Shown here in pieces: positions 18,382 to 26,560 of a DNA stretch of 26,747 bases. The stretch comes from a virus (taxonomy: Duplodnaviria > Caudoviricetes). The position numbers and the translations under genes were made by a program. The stretch is taken from the IMG/VR virus record IMGVR_UViG_3300030376_004613, positions 1-26,747 of that record. One strand, 5' to 3'. Within the stretch, counting starts at the first letter, position 1; each line of letters begins with the position of its first letter. The notes below the pieces were generated by a model that was given only the letters and a program-made list of their open reading frames with translations, searched no databases and was not told the DNA's origin.

Positions 18382-20249
18382 ATGTGGATTGATAATGATT
18401 CAGTCGTAAGACTCTAGGATCATTTAAAACCGGATGAATTGCTGGAAACCTAAGTCGCGAGATAAGGCAATCAGCAGCCAAGCCAGAGATACATCTCTGG
18501 AAGGTTCACAGACTACCTGAGAGATACAGTTCTCTTAATTACAGGCACGAGCGTCCGGCACTGTAAAAAGTGATGATATAGTCGGTGCCCTATGAAAGTA
18601 GGGGTATTCACGTTCCAAAACTGTTAGGTGCAGAGCTTTATAGACCTCATCCCGGTTATATCATCGAGATGGCTGTAGAGCCTGTGGTTGTTCACGACTT
18701 CGATGGAGTCCATACAACGTAAGTTGTTTGAAAAATTGGGTGAATTGCTGGAAGACCGGATCTGAAAAGAAGGTTAATCAGCAGCCAAGCCAGACGACAA
18801 TCTGGAAGGTTCAGAGACTAGACGACGAGAGGAAACTCGGTAATTCGTCCACGAGCGCCCAACCCCTGATCAAGGGTGAAGATATAGTCCAATCACAAGA
18901 GTCCTTAATCTTGTGGGTGAGGATAAAGAGCCACACCATTAATACTTGTTCGAAACAACCCGGTCAAACTGTTCAATTAGACAGATATCGCTTCTGGGGC
19001 AATCCTGGTAACAAGGATTCCAGAGAGCGTACTGCTGATCAAACACTTGGCACAGCATCTAGCAGAAATATTGTTAAGGACAAAGTTCTCGTCAACCTAA
19101 AAGAGTACACCGGTCCTGCTGATCCAGCAGCTCCAACTACTCCTTCAACATTCAAGGTTGCACGTGAGACTCTCTTAACAGCACAGCGTCTTTTATTAGA
19201 CACTGGTAATCTCAACGTTTTTCATCAGAGCATAGGTAGTCTTACCCTTCTAGATGACTACAGACGTTGGAGAGATAGAGTATTTGCTGACGAACTATTT
19301 AAGGCAGAAGCTAACGGACTTGCATCTTCAAGTGTCGGTGGTTACTACTTCCCTGGTGGAGCTGCAAAAGCAGCAGGTAACCCTGTTTACACATACGGTG
19401 CAGGCGTTTCAGCTAAGTTCGACGTAAAGACTGACCTGCTTCAGGTCGTCAAGGATATGCGTAAGAGAAACGTACCTACGTTCTCTGATGGCTACTACAG
19501 ATGTATTGCTGATCCAACAGCAATGATGCATCTTCGCCAGAACGACGCATTCAGAGAGATCGCAAGGTATGCCGGTAATGGCATGGTTAACCCCATGAAC
19601 CCATCCGAGGCTCCTAATGCGAACTTCTTCCAAGGTATGGGTCCAGCTTATGGACAAGCAGGATTCGTAGCTGGACAGCCAGTAATGCCTAAACAAACAG
19701 TGGGCCAACAAGCTGCGTGAGCCTTGTTGCAAATAGGGTGAATTCAAGGAACCCCTTCTAAAGCGGGGAATCTTGAGCCAAGCCAGACGACAATCTGGAA
19801 GGTGCAACGACTAGAGATCGACAGGAAACTGAGTAACATCTCCAAGAGTGCCCTACAACTTAATTACTAAGTTGATGACATAGTCTGACCAACATCGATG
19901 ATAAAGATGTTGAACCGAAAGATAAAGAGCTTTCGGGATAACAAAAGTGACTGGTTTCTTATTTGAAGGCGTAAGATGGTTCGAATCAACCAACTTGCCT
20001 GAGAAGACTATCAATGCAAATATTGCAGTTGACACAGCAAATGCTGGTGCAGCTAACTACACAATTGCTCCAATGTTGTTCTTCGGACCACAAGCAGTTG
20101 GCGTAGGTATTGGTGGTAACAATGCTCAGATTCTTCTTAATAACAATGATGACTTCTCAAGATTCATCATTATGATTTGGAGTCTCTTTGCTGGTTTTGA
20201 AATTCTTAATAAGGACTTCATTACCGTTGCTTACTCATTCGTATATTGA
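18382..20249 (+). CDS. Major capsid protein, spliced from 4 exons (18382-18400, 18613-18700, 18949-19690, 19950-20249; 382 aa)
   Basis: Joined exons give 1149 nt of open frame: MWIDNDF-PKLLGAELYRPHPGYIIEMAVEPVVVHDF-SKQPGQTVQLDRYRFW...GQPVMP-TGFLFEGVRWFES...AYSFVY. GGAG upstream. Size, position and sequence character indicate a capsid protein. Confidence 0.88.
18401..18612 (+). ncRNA. Group I intron 1 in capsid gene (212 nt, ORF-less)
   Basis: Exon ends in U and intron ends in G; P1 ATGATT/C pairs with GGATCAT with U-G at the splice site; P3 CCGGATG/CGTCCGG; P AATTGCTGGAA, Q AATCAGCAGCC, R GTTCACAGACTA, S GATATAGTC. Confidence 0.93.
18701..18948 (+). ncRNA. Group I intron 2 in capsid gene (248 nt, ORF-less)
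   Basis: P1 GACTT/C-GAT-GGAGTC with U-G; P2 ACAAC-GTAA-GTTGT; P3 TTGGGTG/CGCCCAA; P AATTGCTGGAA, Q AATCAGCAGCC, R GTTCAGAGACTA, S AAGATATAGTCC; terminal G 18948. Confidence 0.93.
19691..19949 (+). ncRNA. Group I intron 3 in capsid gene (259 nt, ORF-less)
   Basis: P1 GCCT/A pairs with TGGGC with U-G; P10 CAGT pairs with 3' exon ACTG; P3 TAGGGTG/TGCCCTA; P4 TTCAAGG/TCTTGAG; R GTGCAACGACTA, S GACATAGTC; terminal G 19949. Confidence 0.93.
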
Positions 20250-20263
20250 GGAGGTAACTAATA

Positions 20264-20899
20264 ATGGCTAAAAAGATATACCCCGGTAACTGGGTTACTA
20301 ATTTAAGTAGTTACCAAGGACAGCCAGTAGTCGCTGTTCCAGGTCGTGTTTATTACCATCAGGTTGGTTATGCACTCGTAACTTCCACAGGAGCTACTGA
20401 GTTTGCAATTACCATTCCTAGCCCTGATATGCGTGGCGACGACAAAGTTCGTGCCGACATCACAGGACTAACAGTTCCAGCAGGAGCAAGCGTATACCAC
20501 GTAGGTATCCGTGTTCCTGATATGCGTAAAGATCTTGGAACCGGCACTGCCGCTTCTGGTCTAGTTGGTACTAACTCAGACACAATCGCAGTTAAGGATG
20601 CTGCTGCCTCAGCGGCTGCTACCATCTCAGCTACTGTTGTTTCATCCCCAACTATCGCAGTTGCTAGTACAACTATTGCACCAGCATCTGCAAAGAAAGG
20701 AATCGTAACCGCAGCAGTTCTTTCAGGAGCAGAGACTCTTAAGGTCTATGTTCGTAATGCAGCAGGTAATGGCGCTGGAAGTGCTTTATCTTCTACACAA
20801 ACTGGTGGTACACCAATCATCGTTGAAGTTTCATACTTCATAGACGATGATGTCGCTGGATTGGATGATACATACATCCCATTCATCACAGAGACCTAA
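20264..20899 (+). CDS. Probable head decoration/cement or other structural protein
   Basis: 211 aa, Ala/Thr/Val-rich, strong GAGGAGG RBS, directly after the capsid gene and before a terminator. Confidence 0.6.
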   Translation: MAKKIYPGNWVTNLSSYQGQPVVAVPGRVYYHQVGYALVTSTGATEFAITIPSPDMRGDDKVRADITGLTVPAGASVYHVGIRVPDMRKDLGTGTAASGLVGTNSDTIAVKDAAASAAATISATVVSSPTIAVASTTIAPASAKKGIVTAAVLSGAETLKVYVRNAAGNGAGSALSSTQTGGTPIIVEVSYFIDDDVAGLDDTYIPFITET

Positions 20900-20923
20900 A
20901 TTACTAGGTTTTCTCACTACAAT

Positions 20924-20953
20924 AAGAGCATCTCTAACGGGGTGCTCTTTTTT
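20924..20953 (+). terminator. Rho-independent terminator
   Basis: AAGAGCATCTC-TAAC-GGGGTGCTCTT followed by a T-run. Confidence 0.75.
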
Positions 20954-20958
20954 AATTT

Positions 20959-21387
20959 ATGGCGTTATATCAAAATCAAAAGAACGGTCAAGTTGTCGAG
21001 TTCATTGGACACCACGACAAAGACTGGGCAATGGTCAAGAATGCAACAGGTGTAGTTCAATACGTTGCCTTAGATGATCTTGTTTCTTACGAAGCAAACA
21101 AAGGTCGAACAGGTCAAAAGGTCGAACCAGTTGTTATGGAGGAGAAGGATGAGGATAAGATTCCAGAAGCTGTAATCCCACTAGATACAAGGCTTAATGT
21201 GAATGTTGCTACAGCAGAATCATTAGCAAAGCAAGTCAAAGGGATTGGATATGCAACTGCTAAGAAGATTATCGAACTCAGACTATCTCTACCCGGAGAA
21301 AGATTTTCCAAATTAGATCAGCTTAAAAAGATCGCAAGAGTTGACTGGGAAGAGGTATTTAAAGAAGACCTTATCTACATTGCCTAG
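20959..21387 (+). CDS. Helix-hairpin-helix (ComEA-like) DNA-binding domain protein
   Basis: RLNVNVATAESLAKQVKGIGYATAKKIIELR...FSKLDQLKKI. Confidence 0.8.
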   Translation: MALYQNQKNGQVVEFIGHHDKDWAMVKNATGVVQYVALDDLVSYEANKGRTGQKVEPVVMEEKDEDKIPEAVIPLDTRLNVNVATAESLAKQVKGIGYATAKKIIELRLSLPGERFSKLDQLKKIARVDWEEVFKEDLIYIA

Positions 21388-21416
21388 AATAAAGCGAAAG
21401 TCGCTTTTATTTACGG

Positions 21417-21902
21417 TTGGAACTTAACGACTACGACAAAAGCCGTACAAGGTTCCATCTTGGCTATAACACCGGAGCGAATTTACCTGCCGGTGATATT
21501 GCTCGTCTAGAAGAAGCAATGGCTCGGGTTCCTGATAGTTATTTCTATGAGCGAATCATTGAGCATCTAAATCGTTGCGATAAGGTCTACAGGCTTTCTC
21601 AGATCTTTAAGACTGAGAGTGCTCCACAGCCCAACATGGTCCAACGTATTACTGGGGATACTGACAGGCAGATCATGCAGTCAGATCCTATTAAGGCAGA
21701 TAAGACCTATCGAGAGGTTTACCTCAGAGAAGTTGATCGTTTAGCTGAAACTCTGTATGTGGCTAACTATCGACGAGACGAGGTAAGGAGATACGCATTC
21801 GATCGATCTGGATCTGAATACATCATGGCAATTAAAGGTCCGGCTGATACAGCGGTTGGAACAAGAATTGCACAAGCCGTTGGATCACAAAACTGGAGGT
21901 AA
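21417..21902 (+). CDS. Putative head-tail adaptor/connector
   Basis: 161-aa helical-looking protein, TTG start, located after the head genes; function inferred from synteny. Confidence 0.45.
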   Translation: MELNDYDKSRTRFHLGYNTGANLPAGDIARLEEAMARVPDSYFYERIIEHLNRCDKVYRLSQIFKTESAPQPNMVQRITGDTDRQIMQSDPIKADKTYREVYLREVDRLAETLYVANYRRDEVRRYAFDRSGSEYIMAIKGPADTAVGTRIAQAVGSQNWR

Positions 21903-21911
21903 TCACTCAAA

Positions 21912-22805
21912 ATGGACACTCAAATCAGAGGGCATGGAAGCCTTTACAAGCATTACCAAGATCGCAATAGGGAAGGGAAAGAGAATAGAGCATTAGATGT
22001 CCTTAGAAAGACTGGGTATTTCGATGACAAACAAATTGTTGATATAGATCAGGTAAAGCAGAATATTGAAGGTGCTTCCAAAGGTGGAGGTGGTGAAGAA
22101 ACAGAAGTATTACCTACTTACAACGCTGGTGCTCAGACAGAAAGAAATCGTCAGAGTCAGATGAATCAAATGCTTCAGCAGCATGGGAAGGTTTTACTTG
22201 ATCCTGCTGGTGGTGCTGTCATGGGTGCAGGTTTGGGGATGATTGCAAGTGGAGGAAAACTTTTACCTACAGCGTTAGGAGCTGGAGCTGGTTATTTATT
22301 AGCAAGGTCAAATACAATCAACTTGCCAAGAGGAAACAAGCCATTTGATGCAAGTCAGGCAATAGAAGGCACTCAGCCCATAAATCAGCCAGGGAATGAG
22401 CAAGTAATACAGCCAGCACCTCAGTTACAAAGAGATGAGGTACCTAGCCAAAGTGAAGCAGTATATGAAAAGAAAGCGGATATTTCTGGTATAGATCCTG
22501 ATCAAGGTGGATTGGAAATCGCTCCAAGTCTTACTGATGCAGGTGCAAATAGAGAAAAAGCTTTCGCTGATCCCGTTACGTTGCTAGCTCAGTCATATAA
22601 AACAACAACCGAGAATGATTTTAATCCTGCCTTTAACTCCAATATGCAACCACAAGTTGGCGGAGAATCAGGATTAGAATTACCTGCCCCTGGAGGACAA
22701 CCCGGAAATGTTCCTAATCCAGCAGACGAATTAATCACATCATTCACAAAAGGAAGAGTCCCTAATTATGTATTCCAAGCTCTAGGCGGAGGATCTGTGG
22801 CATGA
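21912..22805 (+). CDS. Hypothetical protein with glycine-zipper segment
   Basis: 297 aa; AGGAVMGAGLGMIASGGKLLPTALGAGAGYLLA; GGAGG RBS. Confidence 0.6.
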   Translation: MDTQIRGHGSLYKHYQDRNREGKENRALDVLRKTGYFDDKQIVDIDQVKQNIEGASKGGGGEETEVLPTYNAGAQTERNRQSQMNQMLQQHGKVLLDPAGGAVMGAGLGMIASGGKLLPTALGAGAGYLLARSNTINLPRGNKPFDASQAIEGTQPINQPGNEQVIQPAPQLQRDEVPSQSEAVYEKKADISGIDPDQGGLEIAPSLTDAGANREKAFADPVTLLAQSYKTTTENDFNPAFNSNMQPQVGGESGLELPAPGGQPGNVPNPADELITSFTKGRVPNYVFQALGGGSVA

Positions 22806-23239
22806 CTAAAAAAGCCGAGCACATGAAGTATAAAGAAGGTGCTAAAAGATCTTTCCGACCAAATGAGTGGTACATCAACAGGCAGGAAGAAAGAGAAGTT
22901 AACAACTACTTAGCTGGATCTAAAGGTGGAGTACCTAACAATCCGCAAAATATAAAATCATTCCAACCAGTACCAGCCCCAGCAGACCCTGCTGGTTCTA
23001 TGCAAGGAGATCAAGTCGTTAGAAGAAATCCATATGGTGATGGTGAACAGATCGTTAATAACGAAACACCTACATTAACGAGACCTAATCAAAGGGGATC
23101 ATCATTCGATCCACCACCAGTTCCAGTTGAAAGAGCTGGAAAAGTTAAACCTGCAAAGAAAAAGCCACAGAGAAAAGGAATGAGTACATCTTTAGGTCTA
23201 ATGAATAGCGGACCTCTCAGGGATATCTCTCCTGTCTGA
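22802..23239 (+). CDS. Hypothetical Pro-rich basic protein
   Basis: 145 aa with ATGA overlap on the previous gene. Confidence 0.55.
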   Translation: MTKKAEHMKYKEGAKRSFRPNEWYINRQEEREVNNYLAGSKGGVPNNPQNIKSFQPVPAPADPAGSMQGDQVVRRNPYGDGEQIVNNETPTLTRPNQRGSSFDPPPVPVERAGKVKPAKKKPQRKGMSTSLGLMNSGPLRDISPV

Positions 23240-23293
23240 TTGAGATCTTCCGGTATTGATTTCTCAGTAAACTTTCTATAGATGGTTAATTAA

Positions 23294-23830
23294 ATGGCAA
23301 CGAGTAGTTCAAACAAAATGCCTCTGTTGGTCGATAGACCTCTGCATTCATTCGCAACAATTGGTGGCACTGCTGCACTAACAGCAGCAACCAATTTCAA
23401 TACACCAGCACCAGCAGGATTTGTCGTTCTTGTTGACTGCTCTGGAAACGATGGAGCTGTAGTTGATAGTTTGTCTATCGTTGCGTTAGAAGCTAATACT
23501 ACTGCTAGGAATGTTTTAGTTTTCTTAAGTACAGCGACAACTGCAACATCTATAACAACCGCAAACTCAGCGTATGTAGGAGGAGCAGCAATTGCTTCCT
23601 CTGCTGTTGGCACTAGAACAAATATTCCTTTACCTCCATTAAGTGTTCCTGTCCCTAATTTGGCGAGCCCAGCAGCGACGATGGCTGCGTATCCAACTGA
23701 AACGGATAAGAAAAACACAGGATTATATGTTCCATCAAGTGCATTGCTTTACGTAGGAGTTGATGCAGCTATTACTGCCCCTAGTGCAAATACACGAGTC
23801 CACGTTTTTGCTCAAGGAGGTTTCTTCTAA
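23294..23830 (+). CDS. Probable virion structural protein
   Basis: 178 aa, Ala/Thr-rich beta composition, ends AQGGFF. Confidence 0.6.
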   Translation: MATSSSNKMPLLVDRPLHSFATIGGTAALTAATNFNTPAPAGFVVLVDCSGNDGAVVDSLSIVALEANTTARNVLVFLSTATTATSITTANSAYVGGAAIASSAVGTRTNIPLPPLSVPVPNLASPAATMAAYPTETDKKNTGLYVPSSALLYVGVDAAITAPSANTRVHVFAQGGFF

Positions 23831-23833
23831 GTC

Positions 23834-25132
23834 ATGTCGTCACTTGCTGATACAGGAGCATATTTAGATCAGCTTTACCAAGAGAAATTTGGTAGAGTCC
23901 CTGACGCAGCAGGTAAAGCCTATTGGAAGGCTGAGTTAGATTCTGGAAACTTAAACGCGGATCAAGTAGCTGCATCATTTGATGCGTCTGATGAAGCAAA
24001 AAAAATCAAAGAAGACAAGGAAGCGGAAACACAGAAGTTCATTGAAGATACATATAAGATTGAATTAGATAGAGAGCCGGACACCGCAGGAGCTAATTAC
24101 TGGGCTGAACAAATCAATAGTGGCGCACAAACGCAGCAAGAAGTTGTAGATAATTTCAGGCGTAGTAATGAATATCAAAATATTCATGACACAGAAGGTG
24201 CTGGTCAAAATGATGAGGAGTGGTTAGAGAGTACTTACCAAACAGTTTTAAATCGTGGTCTTGGCGACGAGGGCAGAGAATACTGGTTAGGAGATTTAGG
24301 TAAAGGTGCTACTCGTGAAGAAGTTTTAGCAGACATCAATCTCAGCAACGAAAAATGGTTAAATGATATTTACGAGAGTGAGCTTGGTAGAGAATTAGGA
24401 GATGAGGGCAGAAATTACTGGATGGGTGATTTAAGAGGCGATACCGAATTAACTTATGGTCAGGATGAGAGACCTAAGCAGACAAGAGAACAAGTCTTGG
24501 CAAGTATTAGACAAAGCGATGAGTATGCATGTCGTCAATCTGGTGGCTCTTGGGATGGCTCTAACTGTGATACAAGTACCGAAGAAGAAGAAATACCAAT
24601 TGTGTGTGGCTCGGGTCAGCAATTAAACAGCGCAGGTACTGGATGCGTACCTCTGCCTAATGATGACGATGATACCGATGATACTGATAACACAGACAAC
24701 ACAGACAATACTGATAACACTGATAACACTGATGATACTGATAACACTGATAACACTGATAACACTGATAACACTGACGATGGAGGTACTCAGATCGAGT
24801 ACGACGATGCACTGAATGAAAATAAAGAAAAATATGCAAAATTAGAATCTGATTATGACGATGCCAGAAGAGAAGCAGATTCTTATATCAATGCTCAACG
24901 TGCTGACGAAACATCACAGTTAACAAGGGGATTCAGTGTTGGAAGTTTTCCAGGGAGAAGAAGAGGTGATCTCACTTCAGGAGCAACTGCAACGTCTGAT
25001 CGCTCAAGAAAAAGAAGCAGAATCACTGCTGGTCCAAGAGTGAGAGAGGACAGACCATATGCAAAAGCAGGATTAAGGTCTGGAGAAGAGCGAGGTAGTA
25101 CTTACTTCGATCCATCAAGTAGTTTTAGATAA
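23834..25132 (+). CDS. DUF4214-like repeat protein with Cys-rich and TDN-repeat segments
   Basis: Four copies of Y-x4-(G/D/N)R-x2-D-x1-2-G-x2-YW...(E/Q)V...S-x-E; Cys-containing segments; acidic repeat; Arg-rich tail. Confidence 0.7.
   Translation: MSSLADTGAYLDQLYQEKFGRVPDAAGKAYWKAELDSGNLNADQVAASFDASDEAKKIKEDKEAETQKFIEDTYKIELDREPDTAGANYWAEQINSGAQTQQEVVDNFRRSNEYQNIHDTEGAGQNDEEWLESTYQTVLNRGLGDEGREYWLGDLGKGATREEVLADINLSNEKWLNDIYESELGRELGDEGRNYWMGDLRGDTELTYGQDERPKQTREQVLASIRQSDEYACRQSGGSWDGSNCDTSTEEEEIPIVCGSGQQLNSAGTGCVPLPNDDDDTDDTDNTDNTDNTDNTDNTDDTDNTDNTDNTDNTDDGGTQIEYDDALNENKEKYAKLESDYDDARREADSYINAQRADETSQLTRGFSVGSFPGRRRGDLTSGATATSDRSRKRSRITAGPRVREDRPYAKAGLRSGEERGSTYFDPSSSFR
24674..24781 (+). 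repeat. In-frame 9-bp tandem repeat (ACTGATAAC consensus, 12 units)
   Basis: Encodes (TD[ND])x12. Confidence 0.9.
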
Positions 25133-26541
25133 TGGGTAAAGGTCTTGGAAACCTAGGCACAGGTTTCGGACTTCAACCTGTTACGAAAGGAATTGGATTA
25201 AACAAAGCAAAAGGTTTATACCCGAGCAAAGGTAAAGGATTAGGTCTTTATGGAACAGCTCAGTTCCCTACAATTCTTGAGTCGTATAATCGTCAAAGTG
25301 ATTACAAGAGATGGCAGCTAGGTCAAGCCTATTACTTCGGTACGGGTAGGAGCTGGGATGATTTGTCGATATACAGCAATAGTCGATTCACAACAGGTGC
25401 TGTTAGCGGCGTATCAAAGGACATTGTCACAATGTTCCCAAGTGAGACTAGCCCTGAGAAAACTTGGTATGTAGGACAGAGAACACGAGGAAGTATCACT
25501 ATTCCAGTAACTATTGGTAATAGGCAGCAGACTTTCACAAGTGATCCTGATCCCTCTAATCACAGACTTCGATTTGATGCTAATGGGGTCTTAAGTTTTT
25601 CTCAGTTACAAATTTTCAATATTTTTATTGGGGATCAATTTGAAGACACAGGTACAACGGGAAACTACCCAGACAATGTTGTTCCAAGGCCAGCAGGAAG
25701 TGTTGCTTTAACTTTGGTTGAAGTAAACGCTTCGACAGGACATTTGTTTTTTGATCTTTCAAGACCATATGGAAGGGTTGAAGTTAATGGAACAATTTAC
25801 TGGAAAAAGTTGGATTATGATCCTTCAAATCCTCATATTTTTAATTCTGGAAGACGATTAAACTCATCAACTAAATTATTTTGTTGTTGTCCTGATCATT
25901 TAGGTGGTGCATTAGCCAACCTTGAATTTCCAAAAGGTGAAGTAGATCAAGACATGTTCCCATTACCGAACGCCAGCAGAACTGTTCGAGCTGCTTGGGA
26001 AAGGCAAGGTGCTGGTTATTACAGGCAGTGGCGCAGTTTAAATAGCAGAGTTGATATGAGACGTGAATGCAAACACATGCATGCGATGAGGTGGGAGTGT
26101 GGAATTCCATGGTATGAACCAAGCGATTACCCGACCCAATATTACGGTGACAATACCAGCGGTCTCCTTACTGACTCAAGCATGGAAAGGGAATTCAGTG
26201 ATGAGGTATATGACGAATACAATGCAAGGCATCGAGTTAACTACGACCGGTATGCCTTAGCCCTGGCGGAAGTTGTTGGGTTAGAACTCTTTCCAGGTAC
26301 AGATGTCAGAGACAATGTCAGACCTGATGCTAGGCCAATGCTCTGGAATGACCACGAAGAACCAGAGGCAAGCTGGTGCAGACAAAACGATTGGTGGTGT
26401 AAAAGAGGTACGCAAGAGATCAGAATTTTTAACGCAACGACACAACAATTCGAAAGTACGGTAACAATTGGAGGTGTAAGTTACCCGATGATTGAAGTAG
26501 TAAAAGAAGGGTCAAACACAGCTCCAATAATCATTCCTTAG
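25132..26541 (+). CDS. Hypothetical protein with SWIM-like zinc-binding motif
   Basis: 469 aa; FCCCPDH...ECKH fits C-x-C-xn-C-x-H. Confidence 0.6.
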   Translation: MGKGLGNLGTGFGLQPVTKGIGLNKAKGLYPSKGKGLGLYGTAQFPTILESYNRQSDYKRWQLGQAYYFGTGRSWDDLSIYSNSRFTTGAVSGVSKDIVTMFPSETSPEKTWYVGQRTRGSITIPVTIGNRQQTFTSDPDPSNHRLRFDANGVLSFSQLQIFNIFIGDQFEDTGTTGNYPDNVVPRPAGSVALTLVEVNASTGHLFFDLSRPYGRVEVNGTIYWKKLDYDPSNPHIFNSGRRLNSSTKLFCCCPDHLGGALANLEFPKGEVDQDMFPLPNASRTVRAAWERQGAGYYRQWRSLNSRVDMRRECKHMHAMRWECGIPWYEPSDYPTQYYGDNTSGLLTDSSMEREFSDEVYDEYNARHRVNYDRYALALAEVVGLELFPGTDVRDNVRPDARPMLWNDHEEPEASWCRQNDWWCKRGTQEIRIFNATTQQFESTVTIGGVSYPMIEVVKEGSNTAPIIIP

Positions 26542-26560
26542 AAGTCTTTAGAATAAAGAG

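Noticed and set aside
18728-19720. 330-aa ORF as a standalone gene
   Set aside because: Its first ~74 codons are intron 2 sequence and its last ~10 are intron 3; the middle is capsid exon 3.
18401-19949. Capsid pseudogene or intein explanation for the interruptions
   Set aside because: The inserts contain stop codons and full group I RNA cores, and precise removal restores the frame.
19947-20249. 100-aa ORF as a separate gene
   Set aside because: The GTG start is the last three bases of intron 3; the remainder is capsid exon 4.
23290-23718. 142-aa antisense ORF, and the other short antisense or alternate-frame ORFs nested in larger genes
   Set aside because: These are shadows of well-supported genes, with no independent motifs.
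24674-24781. Possible CRISPR-like array
   Set aside because: The 9-bp units are contiguous with no spacers and lie in frame within a CDS.
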